From: an uncultured cyanobacterium
GTDB lineage: Bacteria > Cyanobacteriota > Cyanobacteriia > Cyanobacteriales > CAWCAG01
DNA: 64,000 nucleotides
Assembly: GCA_963793425.1 (NCBI GenBank)
Contig: CAWCAG010000001.1
Coordinates: forward strand, 160,001-224,000
Reading direction: 5' to 3'
Positions 46,000-55,656 of this stretch are shown here, piece after piece (the first letter of the stretch is position 1; each line of letters begins with the position of its first letter). Below the pieces are notes generated by a model that was given only the letters and a program-made list of their open reading frames with translations, was not told the origin of the DNA and ran no database searches. A program made the translations under genes and the position numbers.

Positions 46000-46851
46000 C
46001 TAACGCTGAGAATTGCAACAAGAAACAACTGGTTGTTCTGCTAAACTTTCTAAGTTCACATATTCTGACCCCAGCAACTCTTGTAGGTAGTCTTTAGCCT
46101 TTTTGGGATTAGAAGGATATAACTCTGTGAAGATGGTGGTTAAGCTTTCGTTCCAAAGACCATCTTGTGCATAAAGTTCAACTTTTTCTTCCGGCTTAAC
46201 TGTAGGGGAAGGAGTGAATTTTGGTGTTGCTGCTACTCTGGCAATTTTACCTTGTACATAAACATCTGAATCTCTATTTTCAGGATCACAAATGATAGTG
46301 AAACTCCAGTGATAATCTTCTCCTACTACTAAGGCTTCATCTTTTATAGTTAGACCAATAATTCCTGGTGTTCCATTTAGTTGATAAATATTATTGTAAA
46401 CAACTTCTCTAGTTTCATTAGTCATAACTTTCAATTTGGCCTCAAGTTCCCCACTAGTAGGATAAGGAACATAAAACCAAAGGGTAGGAAATTCTTGAGC
46501 AGTAATAGACCAATAAGTTTTCTCTGTTGCCGCAGGTTCAGTTTCTGATTCTTCTAAACCTTTTCCAGGAACTAAAGCGGTTAAACTGGGAACGGATTGA
46601 GGACAGCGATCTTCACCATAAGTTCCATCAGAAGATTGATTATATGGTTCTCCTTCTTCTTCTCGTCTAGTCCTGGGAATAAAAACTATTTTGCTACTTG
46701 CTTCAGTCTCATTTTCCTTGATAAGGTTATTAGTTCGGGCTGAAGAGTTGACTACTAATATTAAAGGTAAAATGTTAACAAAACCAAAGACGGTGCAAGC
46801 TAAAAGCAAAGCGAACTTACTAGCAAAAGGAACTGAATTTAATAATTTCAT
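46000..46851 (-). CDS. DUF928 domain protein
   Basis: LTALVP, PTLWFYVPY, YHWSFTIIC, YAQDGLW and P..SCC motifs. Lies directly downstream of a CHAT gene. Confidence 0.85.
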   Translation of the reverse strand: MKLLNSVPFASKFALLLACTVFGFVNILPLILVVNSSARTNNLIKENETEASSKIVFIPRTRREEEGEPYNQSSDGTYGEDRCPQSVPSLTALVPGKGLEESETEPAATEKTYWSITAQEFPTLWFYVPYPTSGELEAKLKVMTNETREVVYNNIYQLNGTPGIIGLTIKDEALVVGEDYHWSFTIICDPENRDSDVYVQGKIARVAATPKFTPSPTVKPEEKVELYAQDGLWNESLTTIFTELYPSNPKKAKDYLQELLGSEYVNLESLAEQPVVSCCNSQR

Positions 46852-46973
46852 AATCAATGTTTTGGTATTACGATGTAAATGAAAAAAACTATTATTTGTC
46901 AAAGGCAGCCCGACTCAAAATCTAGCTTATTAACAATATTTGAGAAACAGGTCGCCTCTACTTATTATTTATC

Positions 46974-49730
46974 CTAGTTTCCTACTAACACGAAAGGCGA
47001 CCAATGATAAGGACTTTTATAATTACTCTTTCGTAATACATATTGCTGTGCTAAATGGAGTGCTTTAGCTTTGCCAACTTCTTTAGTTACTAGATTCTCA
47101 TAAAACTTTTCAACTAGCAAATTAGAGGAACCTTGGTCTACAGTCCATAACGGTGCAATAGTACCTTTCGCTCCAGATTTAACCGCAACTCCAGCAATAC
47201 CTAATACTGCCCGATTATCCCCTTCTGCTGAATCACAAGCACTAAGAACTAATAGTTCAATTGCTTGGTTTTGCTTACCAGTTTGGAGTAAGTTTTCAAA
47301 CTCATTTATATTTAATGAATAATCTTCAAGATTATTTGCTTCGTCATCAGTCATGATAAAAGTTTTCTGAGGGTCAGAAGCGAATTTTCCGTGAGTTACT
47401 AAATGCAAGATTGGATAATAATTGGCAGCTAGTTCTTGTTGAATGTTTGCTTTGGTAAAGTTTCCGTTACTAATAATTTTAGAGTTTGGCAAGAGTTTTT
47501 TAAGGGCAGCAATTTGTACTTTAACCTTATCTTCTAAAGGATTAAATCCATCACGATGTTTGATTGCTCCACCAATTAAAGCAGTTAGTTGTTGGGGTTG
47601 AAAACTTAGAGGTTGTAGTAGTTGAACTGTTGGTACAACCACAGTAGCATAGTCTTGAGCAGCTAAATAATTTTGCCCATTATGTAAAGCACTCATCGGT
47701 ATAGGACGGAACACATTGTCAAGGATAAAGATTAAGGTTTTAACCTGTGCCTGTTCTAAATCAGGAATAGAGTTTGCTAATAGTATTTGGTATAAGTCTT
47801 TGAAAGGTTGTTCTTGATTTGGGTCAAGATCAGCCTTGATTTTTAAGGTTGCAATAGCTTCTGCAACTACTTTTTCTACTTCATCTTTATCTTTAGTAGT
47901 AATACGATAAACCAACTCTTCTTGGTTAGGTAACTTGAGAATAACAGCTACTTGTTCTGGGAGAAGAATTGGATAAAGAAAGGCAGGTTTTTGTTTGGGA
48001 TCGTCTTGGATCACCCTGTTAATACGCTTAATTAATAGCTCGATTTGTGCTTGTTGATTATTACTTTCCCCTGTTAGTAAACCTTCGGCATCTTGATTTT
48101 GTACAGTGCAACGGAGGAAGTTTTCTAACTCTGCTAATTGTAATGCTTCTACATAATAAAGGGATTTTTTGAGATTTTCTTGGGGAGGATTTGTTTCTCC
48201 TTTGGGCAATAGCAAAGCTACTAATTCTCGATACAAGGGTTCGACGTTATCCCGGAAAGAAAACTGCACATCAGAGTTGATGGTAATGAGGTTACGGCGC
48301 ACCTGATCTAGGGTTTGGGCTGCTGATTCATAAGTTGAAATCGCACCCTGCCTTTCCCCTTGACTAGCAAGAAGTCTACCTAATTGCCACTGCCATTGAT
48401 AAGCCGCTTCAGGATTAGCCTGTGGTTGAAGAATGAGTAAGGCTTCTTCTGTTAACTTTTGTGCTTGTTTGCGCCACTGTTGAGACTCTGTAGGTTTCTG
48501 GGCAATAGTAGCAAAGTATTCCTCCAGGCTAGCCAAGTTACCTAAAGCATAGGCTTTGGCGTAGCTATCCTCTAATTCTTGGGCTTCGGTTAAGGCGGTG
48601 TTGAGGAGGTTGGTTACAGTTTCCCAGGTAGTAGGTAATGAAATACTTTTAGGTAATGGGTGTTGGTTTTTGGTTGATTGGTTAGACTCTAGACTTTGGG
48701 GAGTTGGGGAAGATTGCTGTTGTAAGAAAGCTAGGCTTTTAGCATAGTTGATGCGGGCGTAGACTTTGCTGCGGCTTAGGGGTAATACTTCTACATCTAT
48801 GGCTAAGTCTTGGGGTTGGGGTTGTTTACCTCCTTCTAGTAACAGGCTGAGATGGTTTAGTTGCGCCCTGATTTTCAAATTGGTGGGTAGGGAAGTATCT
48901 TGGCTTAGGGCGAGATATTTACTGTCTGCTTGTTGGTAAAATGTTTCTGCTTCGGTCGGGGGATTTTTAGGAGTGTAGCGCCAAGGTAAATGTTGATACT
49001 CTGCTTTGGAGAGGCGATCGCGCTCTAAATTCCCCCTTGCCCTTAAGGTATTGGCTAAGCTTAGCTGGGTTGCACCTTTAGTTTGCGGTGAAAGGGAAGT
49101 CGCCTCTGTAACAGCTTGTACCAAAACTAACTGCGACTCTTCTAGTTTACCCATGCCCCTGAATAAATTGCCCAAAGAACGTAAACCAGCTACTTGCACT
49201 GCTGGGGGTAAGGGATTGCGCTTTAGTTGTTGTAAATTCTCTTGAGTTAAGTCATTGCAGTTTAGGGGGGCAAGCTGAAAAGCTTGGATCAAGGTACGAC
49301 AAGCGCGAGGATATAAACCCAAAGCTTGCAGCGCCCGACTTTGGTTGATTTGGCTCAGGGAGACACGAGAAGCATCAGCTAAATCTTGGTAAACTTCTTG
49401 GGCTTGCTGCCAAGTTTCTAAGGCTTTATTTGCTTGTCCCAAGGTTAATTGAATGTTACCCAAATTAGTCAAAGTAACAGCTAAATTCTGCTGCTGCTTT
49501 TCTGCCCGAAACAAATCCACAGCCTCTTGTAAAGATGTGATCGCTTCGTTTAACTCCCCCGCTTCATAAAAAGCTTTCCCCTCTTGCACCAACTGCTGAG
49601 GCGTGGTTTGAGCCGAAATAACCGCAGGAGAAAGAGTAAGGCAAAGGGAGAGAAAGAAGATAATTGCTACTTTCTTATACTCCAAAAATTTCCTCAAGAA
49701 TATCTGAACAAATTGCTTTAAAAAAATCAT
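46974..49730 (-). CDS. TPR + CHAT domain protein (signal peptide)
   Basis: YQWQWQLGRLL, LQLAELENF, HLVTHG, LSACDSA.GD and HWSPFVLVGN motifs. Confidence 0.92.
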   Translation of the reverse strand: MIFLKQFVQIFLRKFLEYKKVAIIFFLSLCLTLSPAVISAQTTPQQLVQEGKAFYEAGELNEAITSLQEAVDLFRAEKQQQNLAVTLTNLGNIQLTLGQANKALETWQQAQEVYQDLADASRVSLSQINQSRALQALGLYPRACRTLIQAFQLAPLNCNDLTQENLQQLKRNPLPPAVQVAGLRSLGNLFRGMGKLEESQLVLVQAVTEATSLSPQTKGATQLSLANTLRARGNLERDRLSKAEYQHLPWRYTPKNPPTEAETFYQQADSKYLALSQDTSLPTNLKIRAQLNHLSLLLEGGKQPQPQDLAIDVEVLPLSRSKVYARINYAKSLAFLQQQSSPTPQSLESNQSTKNQHPLPKSISLPTTWETVTNLLNTALTEAQELEDSYAKAYALGNLASLEEYFATIAQKPTESQQWRKQAQKLTEEALLILQPQANPEAAYQWQWQLGRLLASQGERQGAISTYESAAQTLDQVRRNLITINSDVQFSFRDNVEPLYRELVALLLPKGETNPPQENLKKSLYYVEALQLAELENFLRCTVQNQDAEGLLTGESNNQQAQIELLIKRINRVIQDDPKQKPAFLYPILLPEQVAVILKLPNQEELVYRITTKDKDEVEKVVAEAIATLKIKADLDPNQEQPFKDLYQILLANSIPDLEQAQVKTLIFILDNVFRPIPMSALHNGQNYLAAQDYATVVVPTVQLLQPLSFQPQQLTALIGGAIKHRDGFNPLEDKVKVQIAALKKLLPNSKIISNGNFTKANIQQELAANYYPILHLVTHGKFASDPQKTFIMTDDEANNLEDYSLNINEFENLLQTGKQNQAIELLVLSACDSAEGDNRAVLGIAGVAVKSGAKGTIAPLWTVDQGSSNLLVEKFYENLVTKEVGKAKALHLAQQYVLRKSNYKSPYHWSPFVLVGN

Positions 49731-49824
49731 AATCCTATACCAAAAATTAATTGTTTAAGGGCGACCTAATTTAAACCTCAACTTGTCACCAATGGTAATG
49801 GGTAATGGGTAAGAACTACAGCTT

Positions 49825-51186
49825 TTATTTTGTAATCAATTTGAGGGCAATTTTATTAACTCTTTCTGTTAACGTTGCTAACTCAATAGTAGTTAATTTA
49901 CCTTGTTCTACAATTTTTTTACCATTAATAAAATTGTAGTCTACATGATCAGTTTGACAATAAATCAATGCTGCCACAGGATCTTGTTGTGTTCCTACAA
50001 AAGCGGGTTTATCTAAATTAACAGCAATAAAATCTGCTGCCATACCTGGGGCCAGATAACCGATATCATCTCTACCTAAAACCTTTGCCCCTCCCCTAGT
50101 AGCAATTTCCAGAGCATCACGGGCAGTCATCGCTGAGGCATCCTCATCCTTAACGCGGGCTAACAAAAAGGCGCTACGGGCTTCGTGAAGCAAATTGGTA
50201 GCATCATTAGAAGCTGTCCCATCCACTCCTAAACCAACAGGGACATTGGCATTAAGCATTTTACGAATTGGTGCAATACCGCTGGCTAAACGCATATTGC
50301 TACAGGGGCAATGTGCCACACCAGTACCAGTTTGTCCGAATTTAGAGATGGAGCGATCGCTTAACTTAACACAATGAGCGTGCCAAACATCATCTCCTAA
50401 CCAACCGACCGATTCTGCATAGTCCCCAGGAATTAAATTAAATTTAGACAAACTATATTCTACATCCCCTTTATTTTCCGCTAGGTGAGTATGCAGCCTT
50501 ACCCCTGGATAGCTTCTCGCCATGGCTGCTGATTCCCGCATCAAGTCTTGAGAAACAGAAAAAGGTGAACAAGGGGCGAGAACGATCCGTACCATAGAAT
50601 AGCGTTTATTGTTATGGTATTGCTCAATTAATCTTTGAGAATCTTTTAAAATATCGGCTTCTTTTTCTATCAGAAAATCTGGAGGTAAACCACCATCACT
50701 TTCCCCCACACTCATACTACCCCGGCTGGCATGAAACCGTAAACCAATTTCCTCAACTGCACGGATTTGTTGATCAAGGGTGCAATCATTAGGAAATAGA
50801 TAATGATGATCGCTAGCAGTGGTACAACCAGATAAAAGCAACTCTGCGGCTGCCATTTGAGAACTATAATACATTCCTTCCCCAGTAAGATTAGACCAGA
50901 GGGGATAATGTGCTGTTAGCCATTGAAATAAGTCACCATTTTGCCCAGCGGGTGTGACGCGAGTTAGGGTTTGGAAAAAGTGATGATGGGTATTTACTAA
51001 ACCAGGCAAGACTAGATGTTTATCTTCTAAATCGAGAATTTCATCTGCTGTGTTCGGTAATTCTGAAGTTGTCCCTACTTGTTCGATAACATTATCCCTA
51101 ACTAACAATGCACCATAGCGAATTTCTCGCCGTTCATTGTCCATGGTGATGAGGGTATGAATATTTTTTATTAATAGGGTAGGCAT
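49825..51186 (-). CDS. 8-oxoguanine deaminase / amidohydrolase
   Basis: PGLVNTHHH, RGSMSVGES.GGLPPD, HTHLAE and GLGVDG motifs. Confidence 0.88.
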   Translation of the reverse strand: MPTLLIKNIHTLITMDNERREIRYGALLVRDNVIEQVGTTSELPNTADEILDLEDKHLVLPGLVNTHHHFFQTLTRVTPAGQNGDLFQWLTAHYPLWSNLTGEGMYYSSQMAAAELLLSGCTTASDHHYLFPNDCTLDQQIRAVEEIGLRFHASRGSMSVGESDGGLPPDFLIEKEADILKDSQRLIEQYHNNKRYSMVRIVLAPCSPFSVSQDLMRESAAMARSYPGVRLHTHLAENKGDVEYSLSKFNLIPGDYAESVGWLGDDVWHAHCVKLSDRSISKFGQTGTGVAHCPCSNMRLASGIAPIRKMLNANVPVGLGVDGTASNDATNLLHEARSAFLLARVKDEDASAMTARDALEIATRGGAKVLGRDDIGYLAPGMAADFIAVNLDKPAFVGTQQDPVAALIYCQTDHVDYNFINGKKIVEQGKLTTIELATLTERVNKIALKLITK

Positions 51187-51280
51187 TTTAGGAGTAATAA
51201 GTAATTATATCGGGGTTTTGCCCGACTTTATTATTATAAAAGCTTACAAATAATATAAATTTAGCTGTAAATAGGTTAAG

Positions 51281-54070
51281 CTACAGTCCATTACCAATCA
51301 GAATAAACGAGGCCCAGTAATAGGGATGGCTTAAACGATTTACCACTGCTGGATCTACACCATCGCGAAGTAGAATCTTCACAACTGGGCCGCGCTCTTC
51401 TCCTAAAGCTGTATAATCTCCAGTAATCAAGGCAAGTTGTGCCTGTCGCAAAGCTTCAGCTTTAGTAAAGTTGTTTTCCTGCAAAGCCCCATAAAAAGTA
51501 TTCATCAGTACTTGAGTTCCACCATCATTTACTTGCCAAAGAGAAGCGATCACAGCCCTAGCTTTGGTCTTTTGCATCTGATAACCTAAGCCAAGGATTT
51601 CCTTCCCATCCCCCAAGATATCTCCTAACCCCGTCTCACAAGCAGAAAGGACTACTAAGTCTACATTGGGTAAACTCCAGGTTTCAATGTCTTTTAGGGT
51701 AGCGTGAGTGCCGTCTCCGAAGACGATAAAAGATTCTTCAGGTTCACCAACAACAAACGCTGCATGGGTTGCCAGGTGAACGACGGAGTAGCTATTCATG
51801 TCGAGAATTGTTTCTTGGTTGAATTGGTCATCAAGTAGTTTGGTGGTTTCGGGAATCAGTTGGGTAAGCTTTTCTACCTCAACTCCAGCATGTTGCAAAC
51901 CCCTGAAGATATGTTCTTTGCCTCCTGCTTTAACAGTATGTTTCCCTTTGGTGAAGGCAGCAGCCAATATTTCTAAGTACGGCTGAGGCTTTGTATTAAT
52001 TTCAGTCAGACTCAAAGCCGTAATGTTGTTAACCCGGAAGTTTTCTGTCAACCACTGCTTGCCATCATAAAGGGCCGCTAAGGGGATGTAGCGCAATTGC
52101 CCATCAGGGGCATAGATTATAGTTTTAGCTTCTGCTGCGGTCAGGTCAGCTTCTAAAGGTTTAATCAGCCAGTTGTAGAGTTTCTGGGCTGGAACTTTAG
52201 GATTATTAAAAGGAGTTTGCAAAGCTTGGCGAAACTGGAGGATTGTTTTGTTAAGTTCTTCTCGTTTAACTTCAACAGTGTGATGGAGGGGAGGAGCATC
52301 GGGAGTAACTAGAATTAACTCTAAGCGCTCATCGAGAACAAGAGGGTAGAGTATGACTGCATTCTCTTGTAGGTCGTTGAGATTATCTTGTAAGGTTTTG
52401 GCTGTTTCTATATCAAAGTCTTCTCCGTCAGTATTTTGCTGCAACAGAGCTATTTTTTCCTGTACTTCTGGGCTTTTTAAAAACCCTTGAAACTCCTCAA
52501 GAATCTTTCCTTGCAGTTGCCTTATTTCCCTGATACGCCGTTTTTCAGCCTCACTTCTGCTGGAAACAGGTTTGATACTGTCTAGCTTGCTGAGTTCTTT
52601 ACCCAAAGCAATCGCTCGATTAAGTATTTCTTCCGTACCTTGCCGTATTCCCCTCTCAATGGGACGTTCAACTACTCCTTTCGCAGTGTCTTCACTACCA
52701 CGCACATTGCCGAGATAATCATCAAGTTCTTGCACTTTGAGCAGATCCAGGACTTGTTGGGCTTCCAGGATGCGATTTCCTTGCAGGAGGAGGTCTGCAA
52801 GGCGGCGATAATCGTCGGCTACGGTGTCTGTGTAGGATTGTTGTTGTTCTTTGCTTAGTCCTTTGTTATCTGTCCTAATTGCTTCCCGGATATTGACAGA
52901 CTGTTTGTAGAAAATAATCGCTAGTTCGGGTTGGTTTTGTGCTTCTAAAAGTAGGGCAATATTACTAAGGTTTGTTCCTTCTTTAGAACGCTCTTCTATT
53001 TCCTGAGAGATTGCTAAGGATTGTTGATAAAACTCCATCGCCTTCTGGTATTCTCCTAGAGAACTATAAACTTCCCCCAGATTGTTAAAGGAACTAGCAA
53101 TTCCAGAGCGATCGCCTATATCCTGTTTAATAGCCAAAGATTGTTGATGAAACTCTACTGCTTGCTGATATTCCCCTCGTAAATAGTAAACTTCTCCTAA
53201 ATTGTTGAAAACTTTAGCAACTTCTGCTTGCTCATCTATTTCCTGGAATATTACTAAGGATTTTTGATAAAATTCTATGGCTTTTTGGTATTCCCCCATA
53301 AATTTGTAAGCAATACCTAAATTATTCAAAGAACTAGCAACCCCAGATTGATCACTTTTTTCTCGGAATATTACTAAGGACTGTTGATAAAATTCTATCG
53401 CTTTTTGATATTGACCTAAAAGAGAGTGAAGTTCTCCTAAATTGTTGAGTGCTTTAGCTAATTGTGCATAGTCATCTGTATCTTGGAATATTTTTAAAGA
53501 CTGTTGATAAAACTCAATCGCTTTTTGATATTGACCTAGAGATTTGTAAGCAATGCCTAGATTATTAAAAGAAGCAGCCTCTCCAGAAAGATTGTCTGTT
53601 TCCTGGAATATTTTTAAAGACTGCTGATAAACTTCTATCGCTTGTTGGTATTCATTTTGTAGTGAGTAGAGTCCCCCCAAATTGTGTAGAATATAAGTCT
53701 GTTCCGAAGTATCTTCTATTGCTTGGGCGATTGCCAAAGACTCTTCAAAAAAGGCGATCGCTTCTGGATACTGCCCCAAAGATGCGTTGCCAATACCCAA
53801 ATTATTTAAGGACTTAAGCATCCCCAAAGAATCGCCTATTTCTTGATAAATAGCCAAAGACTTTTGCCAAGACTCTACAGCTGCTTGAAACTGACTAATT
53901 TTATACTGCTCTATCCCTTTTTTTCGTAGTCTATCAGCCTCTTCTTGCTGTTCACTGGAACCTTGAGCGATCGCTGGCAAACTAAATAAAGGTGCAGAAA
54001 AATTGGCAGTTACTACATCAGTAACCGCAAATATCATCAAGATGCCGAGGAGTTTTCTTGGTAGGTGCAT
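51281..54070 (-). CDS. TPR-rich CHAT domain protein (signal peptide)
   Basis: About eight 40-aa TPRs (NNLG..Y..LG.YQKAIEFYQQSL), HLATHA, LSACETG and HPYYWASFILIGNGL motifs. Confidence 0.93.
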   Translation of the reverse strand: MHLPRKLLGILMIFAVTDVVTANFSAPLFSLPAIAQGSSEQQEEADRLRKKGIEQYKISQFQAAVESWQKSLAIYQEIGDSLGMLKSLNNLGIGNASLGQYPEAIAFFEESLAIAQAIEDTSEQTYILHNLGGLYSLQNEYQQAIEVYQQSLKIFQETDNLSGEAASFNNLGIAYKSLGQYQKAIEFYQQSLKIFQDTDDYAQLAKALNNLGELHSLLGQYQKAIEFYQQSLVIFREKSDQSGVASSLNNLGIAYKFMGEYQKAIEFYQKSLVIFQEIDEQAEVAKVFNNLGEVYYLRGEYQQAVEFHQQSLAIKQDIGDRSGIASSFNNLGEVYSSLGEYQKAMEFYQQSLAISQEIEERSKEGTNLSNIALLLEAQNQPELAIIFYKQSVNIREAIRTDNKGLSKEQQQSYTDTVADDYRRLADLLLQGNRILEAQQVLDLLKVQELDDYLGNVRGSEDTAKGVVERPIERGIRQGTEEILNRAIALGKELSKLDSIKPVSSRSEAEKRRIREIRQLQGKILEEFQGFLKSPEVQEKIALLQQNTDGEDFDIETAKTLQDNLNDLQENAVILYPLVLDERLELILVTPDAPPLHHTVEVKREELNKTILQFRQALQTPFNNPKVPAQKLYNWLIKPLEADLTAAEAKTIIYAPDGQLRYIPLAALYDGKQWLTENFRVNNITALSLTEINTKPQPYLEILAAAFTKGKHTVKAGGKEHIFRGLQHAGVEVEKLTQLIPETTKLLDDQFNQETILDMNSYSVVHLATHAAFVVGEPEESFIVFGDGTHATLKDIETWSLPNVDLVVLSACETGLGDILGDGKEILGLGYQMQKTKARAVIASLWQVNDGGTQVLMNTFYGALQENNFTKAEALRQAQLALITGDYTALGEERGPVVKILLRDGVDPAVVNRLSHPYYWASFILIGNGL

Positions 54071-54127
54071 GATTTACTTTTTAGATTGACCTAATTAAGC
54101 GTCTTCTTCTCTCATTCCCCAACAAGT

Positions 54128-55144
54128 CTATATTAAATTAAGTTCATCAGGATTAATTCCCAACTCCCTTAACTTAGCAGCTAGTTTCTCTGCTTTTAAC
54201 CTCGCTTCAATCGCCTCCTGTTGAACTTCAATCGCCTCTTGTCTAGCCTCAAAAGTTTCCTGTTGAGCTTCAATCGCCTCCTGTTGAGCCTCAAAAGCCT
54301 CTTGTTGAGCTTCAATTGCCTCCTGTTGAGCTTCAATCGCCTCTTGTTGAGCCTCAAAAGTCTCCTGTTGAGCTTCAATCGCCTCTTGTCTAGCCTCAAA
54401 AGTTTCCTGTTGAGCTTCAAAAGCCTCTTGTCTAGCTTCAATCGCCTCTTGTTGAGCAACAATGACTTCTTCTTCTGGTATGGGGATTAATTCACCTTCT
54501 AGAGTTAACCACCGTAGCCACAATCTTTCTTTTCCCTTAAATTCCCCTTGCCAAGAACCTAAACTTAAACCCAATTCTGGCATTTCCAAACGCCCTTTAG
54601 TTAAATTAACTTCTTGGTACTTACCTTCCCTCAGTTGAAAGGCTTTGATTTGGTCTGTATACCGACTAAAAACGATGTAATAGGGAATTTTTAATATCTG
54701 TTCATATACTTCCCATTTTGTGGGGGGTTCCCCTTTCTTACTAGTAGTTTCTCCTAAATCTTCTGCTTCTGTACCAGGAGATAATAATTCCACTACCACA
54801 AAAGGATTAGCTTCCTCTTGCCAAGTTACATAACTCAGGCGCATATCTTTCCCTTCATACAATCTTTGCACTCCCACTGCCCCAAACCAGTCAGGGCGTT
54901 TGTACCACCGGGTATGTTTAAGGTCGTAGTAGAGATTCATATCCGTAGCGGAGTAGATTGCATCTTGATTCCAAGTGGTAGGAAGAAAGGTCAGATAAAG
55001 TAGTAAGGGTTGAAAAAAATGAAATTCGTCTGGCAAACCGGGTTCCTCTGGATTTTCACTCGGAAGATCATACATTGTCGGTAGCTCATTTCGAGGAGGA
55101 AGAATCTGTTGAGTGGATTTTGGGAAAAAAGCTGAAGAAGTCAT
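54128..55144 (-). CDS. Uma2 family endonuclease with a coiled-coil repeat tail
   Basis: LPTMYDLPSENPEEPGLPDEFH, RPDWF, VVELLSPGT and KWEVYE motifs. Confidence 0.92.
   Translation of the reverse strand: MTSSAFFPKSTQQILPPRNELPTMYDLPSENPEEPGLPDEFHFFQPLLLYLTFLPTTWNQDAIYSATDMNLYYDLKHTRWYKRPDWFGAVGVQRLYEGKDMRLSYVTWQEEANPFVVVELLSPGTEAEDLGETTSKKGEPPTKWEVYEQILKIPYYIVFSRYTDQIKAFQLREGKYQEVNLTKGRLEMPELGLSLGSWQGEFKGKERLWLRWLTLEGELIPIPEEEVIVAQQEAIEARQEAFEAQQETFEARQEAIEAQQETFEAQQEAIEAQQEAIEAQQEAFEAQQEAIEAQQETFEARQEAIEVQQEAIEARLKAEKLAAKLRELGINPDELNLI
54203..54454. repeat. 12 x 21-bp in-frame tandem repeat
   Basis: Encodes 12 heptads [Q/R]QE[A/T][I/F]EA. Confidence 0.92.
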
Positions 55145-55312
55145 GAGAAGATTTTTATGATGTTGTTTAATTTTATGAGTTTAAGCAGGATTTGGCTTTA
55201 ACACGTTCAATTTAACCATCACTCGACTATTTAGGCTACCTCATGTAGTTTATTTATCAGTAACCAAGTTAATCTCAACGGGTCGCCCCTACGGTGAAAA
55301 AATGCTGGGGCG

Positions 55313-55338
55313 ATCGCGAAGCGTCTCCACTCTTGAGA
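55313..55338. repeat. 26-bp double-hairpin insert in a degenerate HIP1 site (SDR5-like)
   Basis: GCG|ATCGCGAAGCGTCTCCACTCTTGAGA|ATCAC, with hairpins CGC-GAA-GCG and TCTC-N7-GAGA. Confidence 0.6.
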
Positions 55339-55656
55339 ATCACAGCTAAGACATATTTGTAAATAATTATCTCAACGAGAGGATAATTGAGATAAATACA
55401 TCTATAAATAGTAATTCCAGTCGCACAATATCTTAAAGTAGGATGGGCAAAATCTAACCATCCGTCATCTAGAGCTTCCCTAATTAATCATCCGTCGTCA
55501 AAAACGGTATTAATTGAGGCTTAATGGTCTAGTTATCAAGAAATATTAAAATTAGCAGAAATTTCCTTAAGATAACGAGAAATTTTACTGTGGTTCCATC
55601 ATAACCCTAATATTCTACCGAACAAGATATTTGTCAATTCACCTTTCCCAATAGCC

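Noticed and set aside
52960..54454. CRISPR-like periodicity
   Set aside because: The repeats are in-frame coding repeats (TPR ~120 bp and 21-bp heptads) with no unique spacers and no cas genes.
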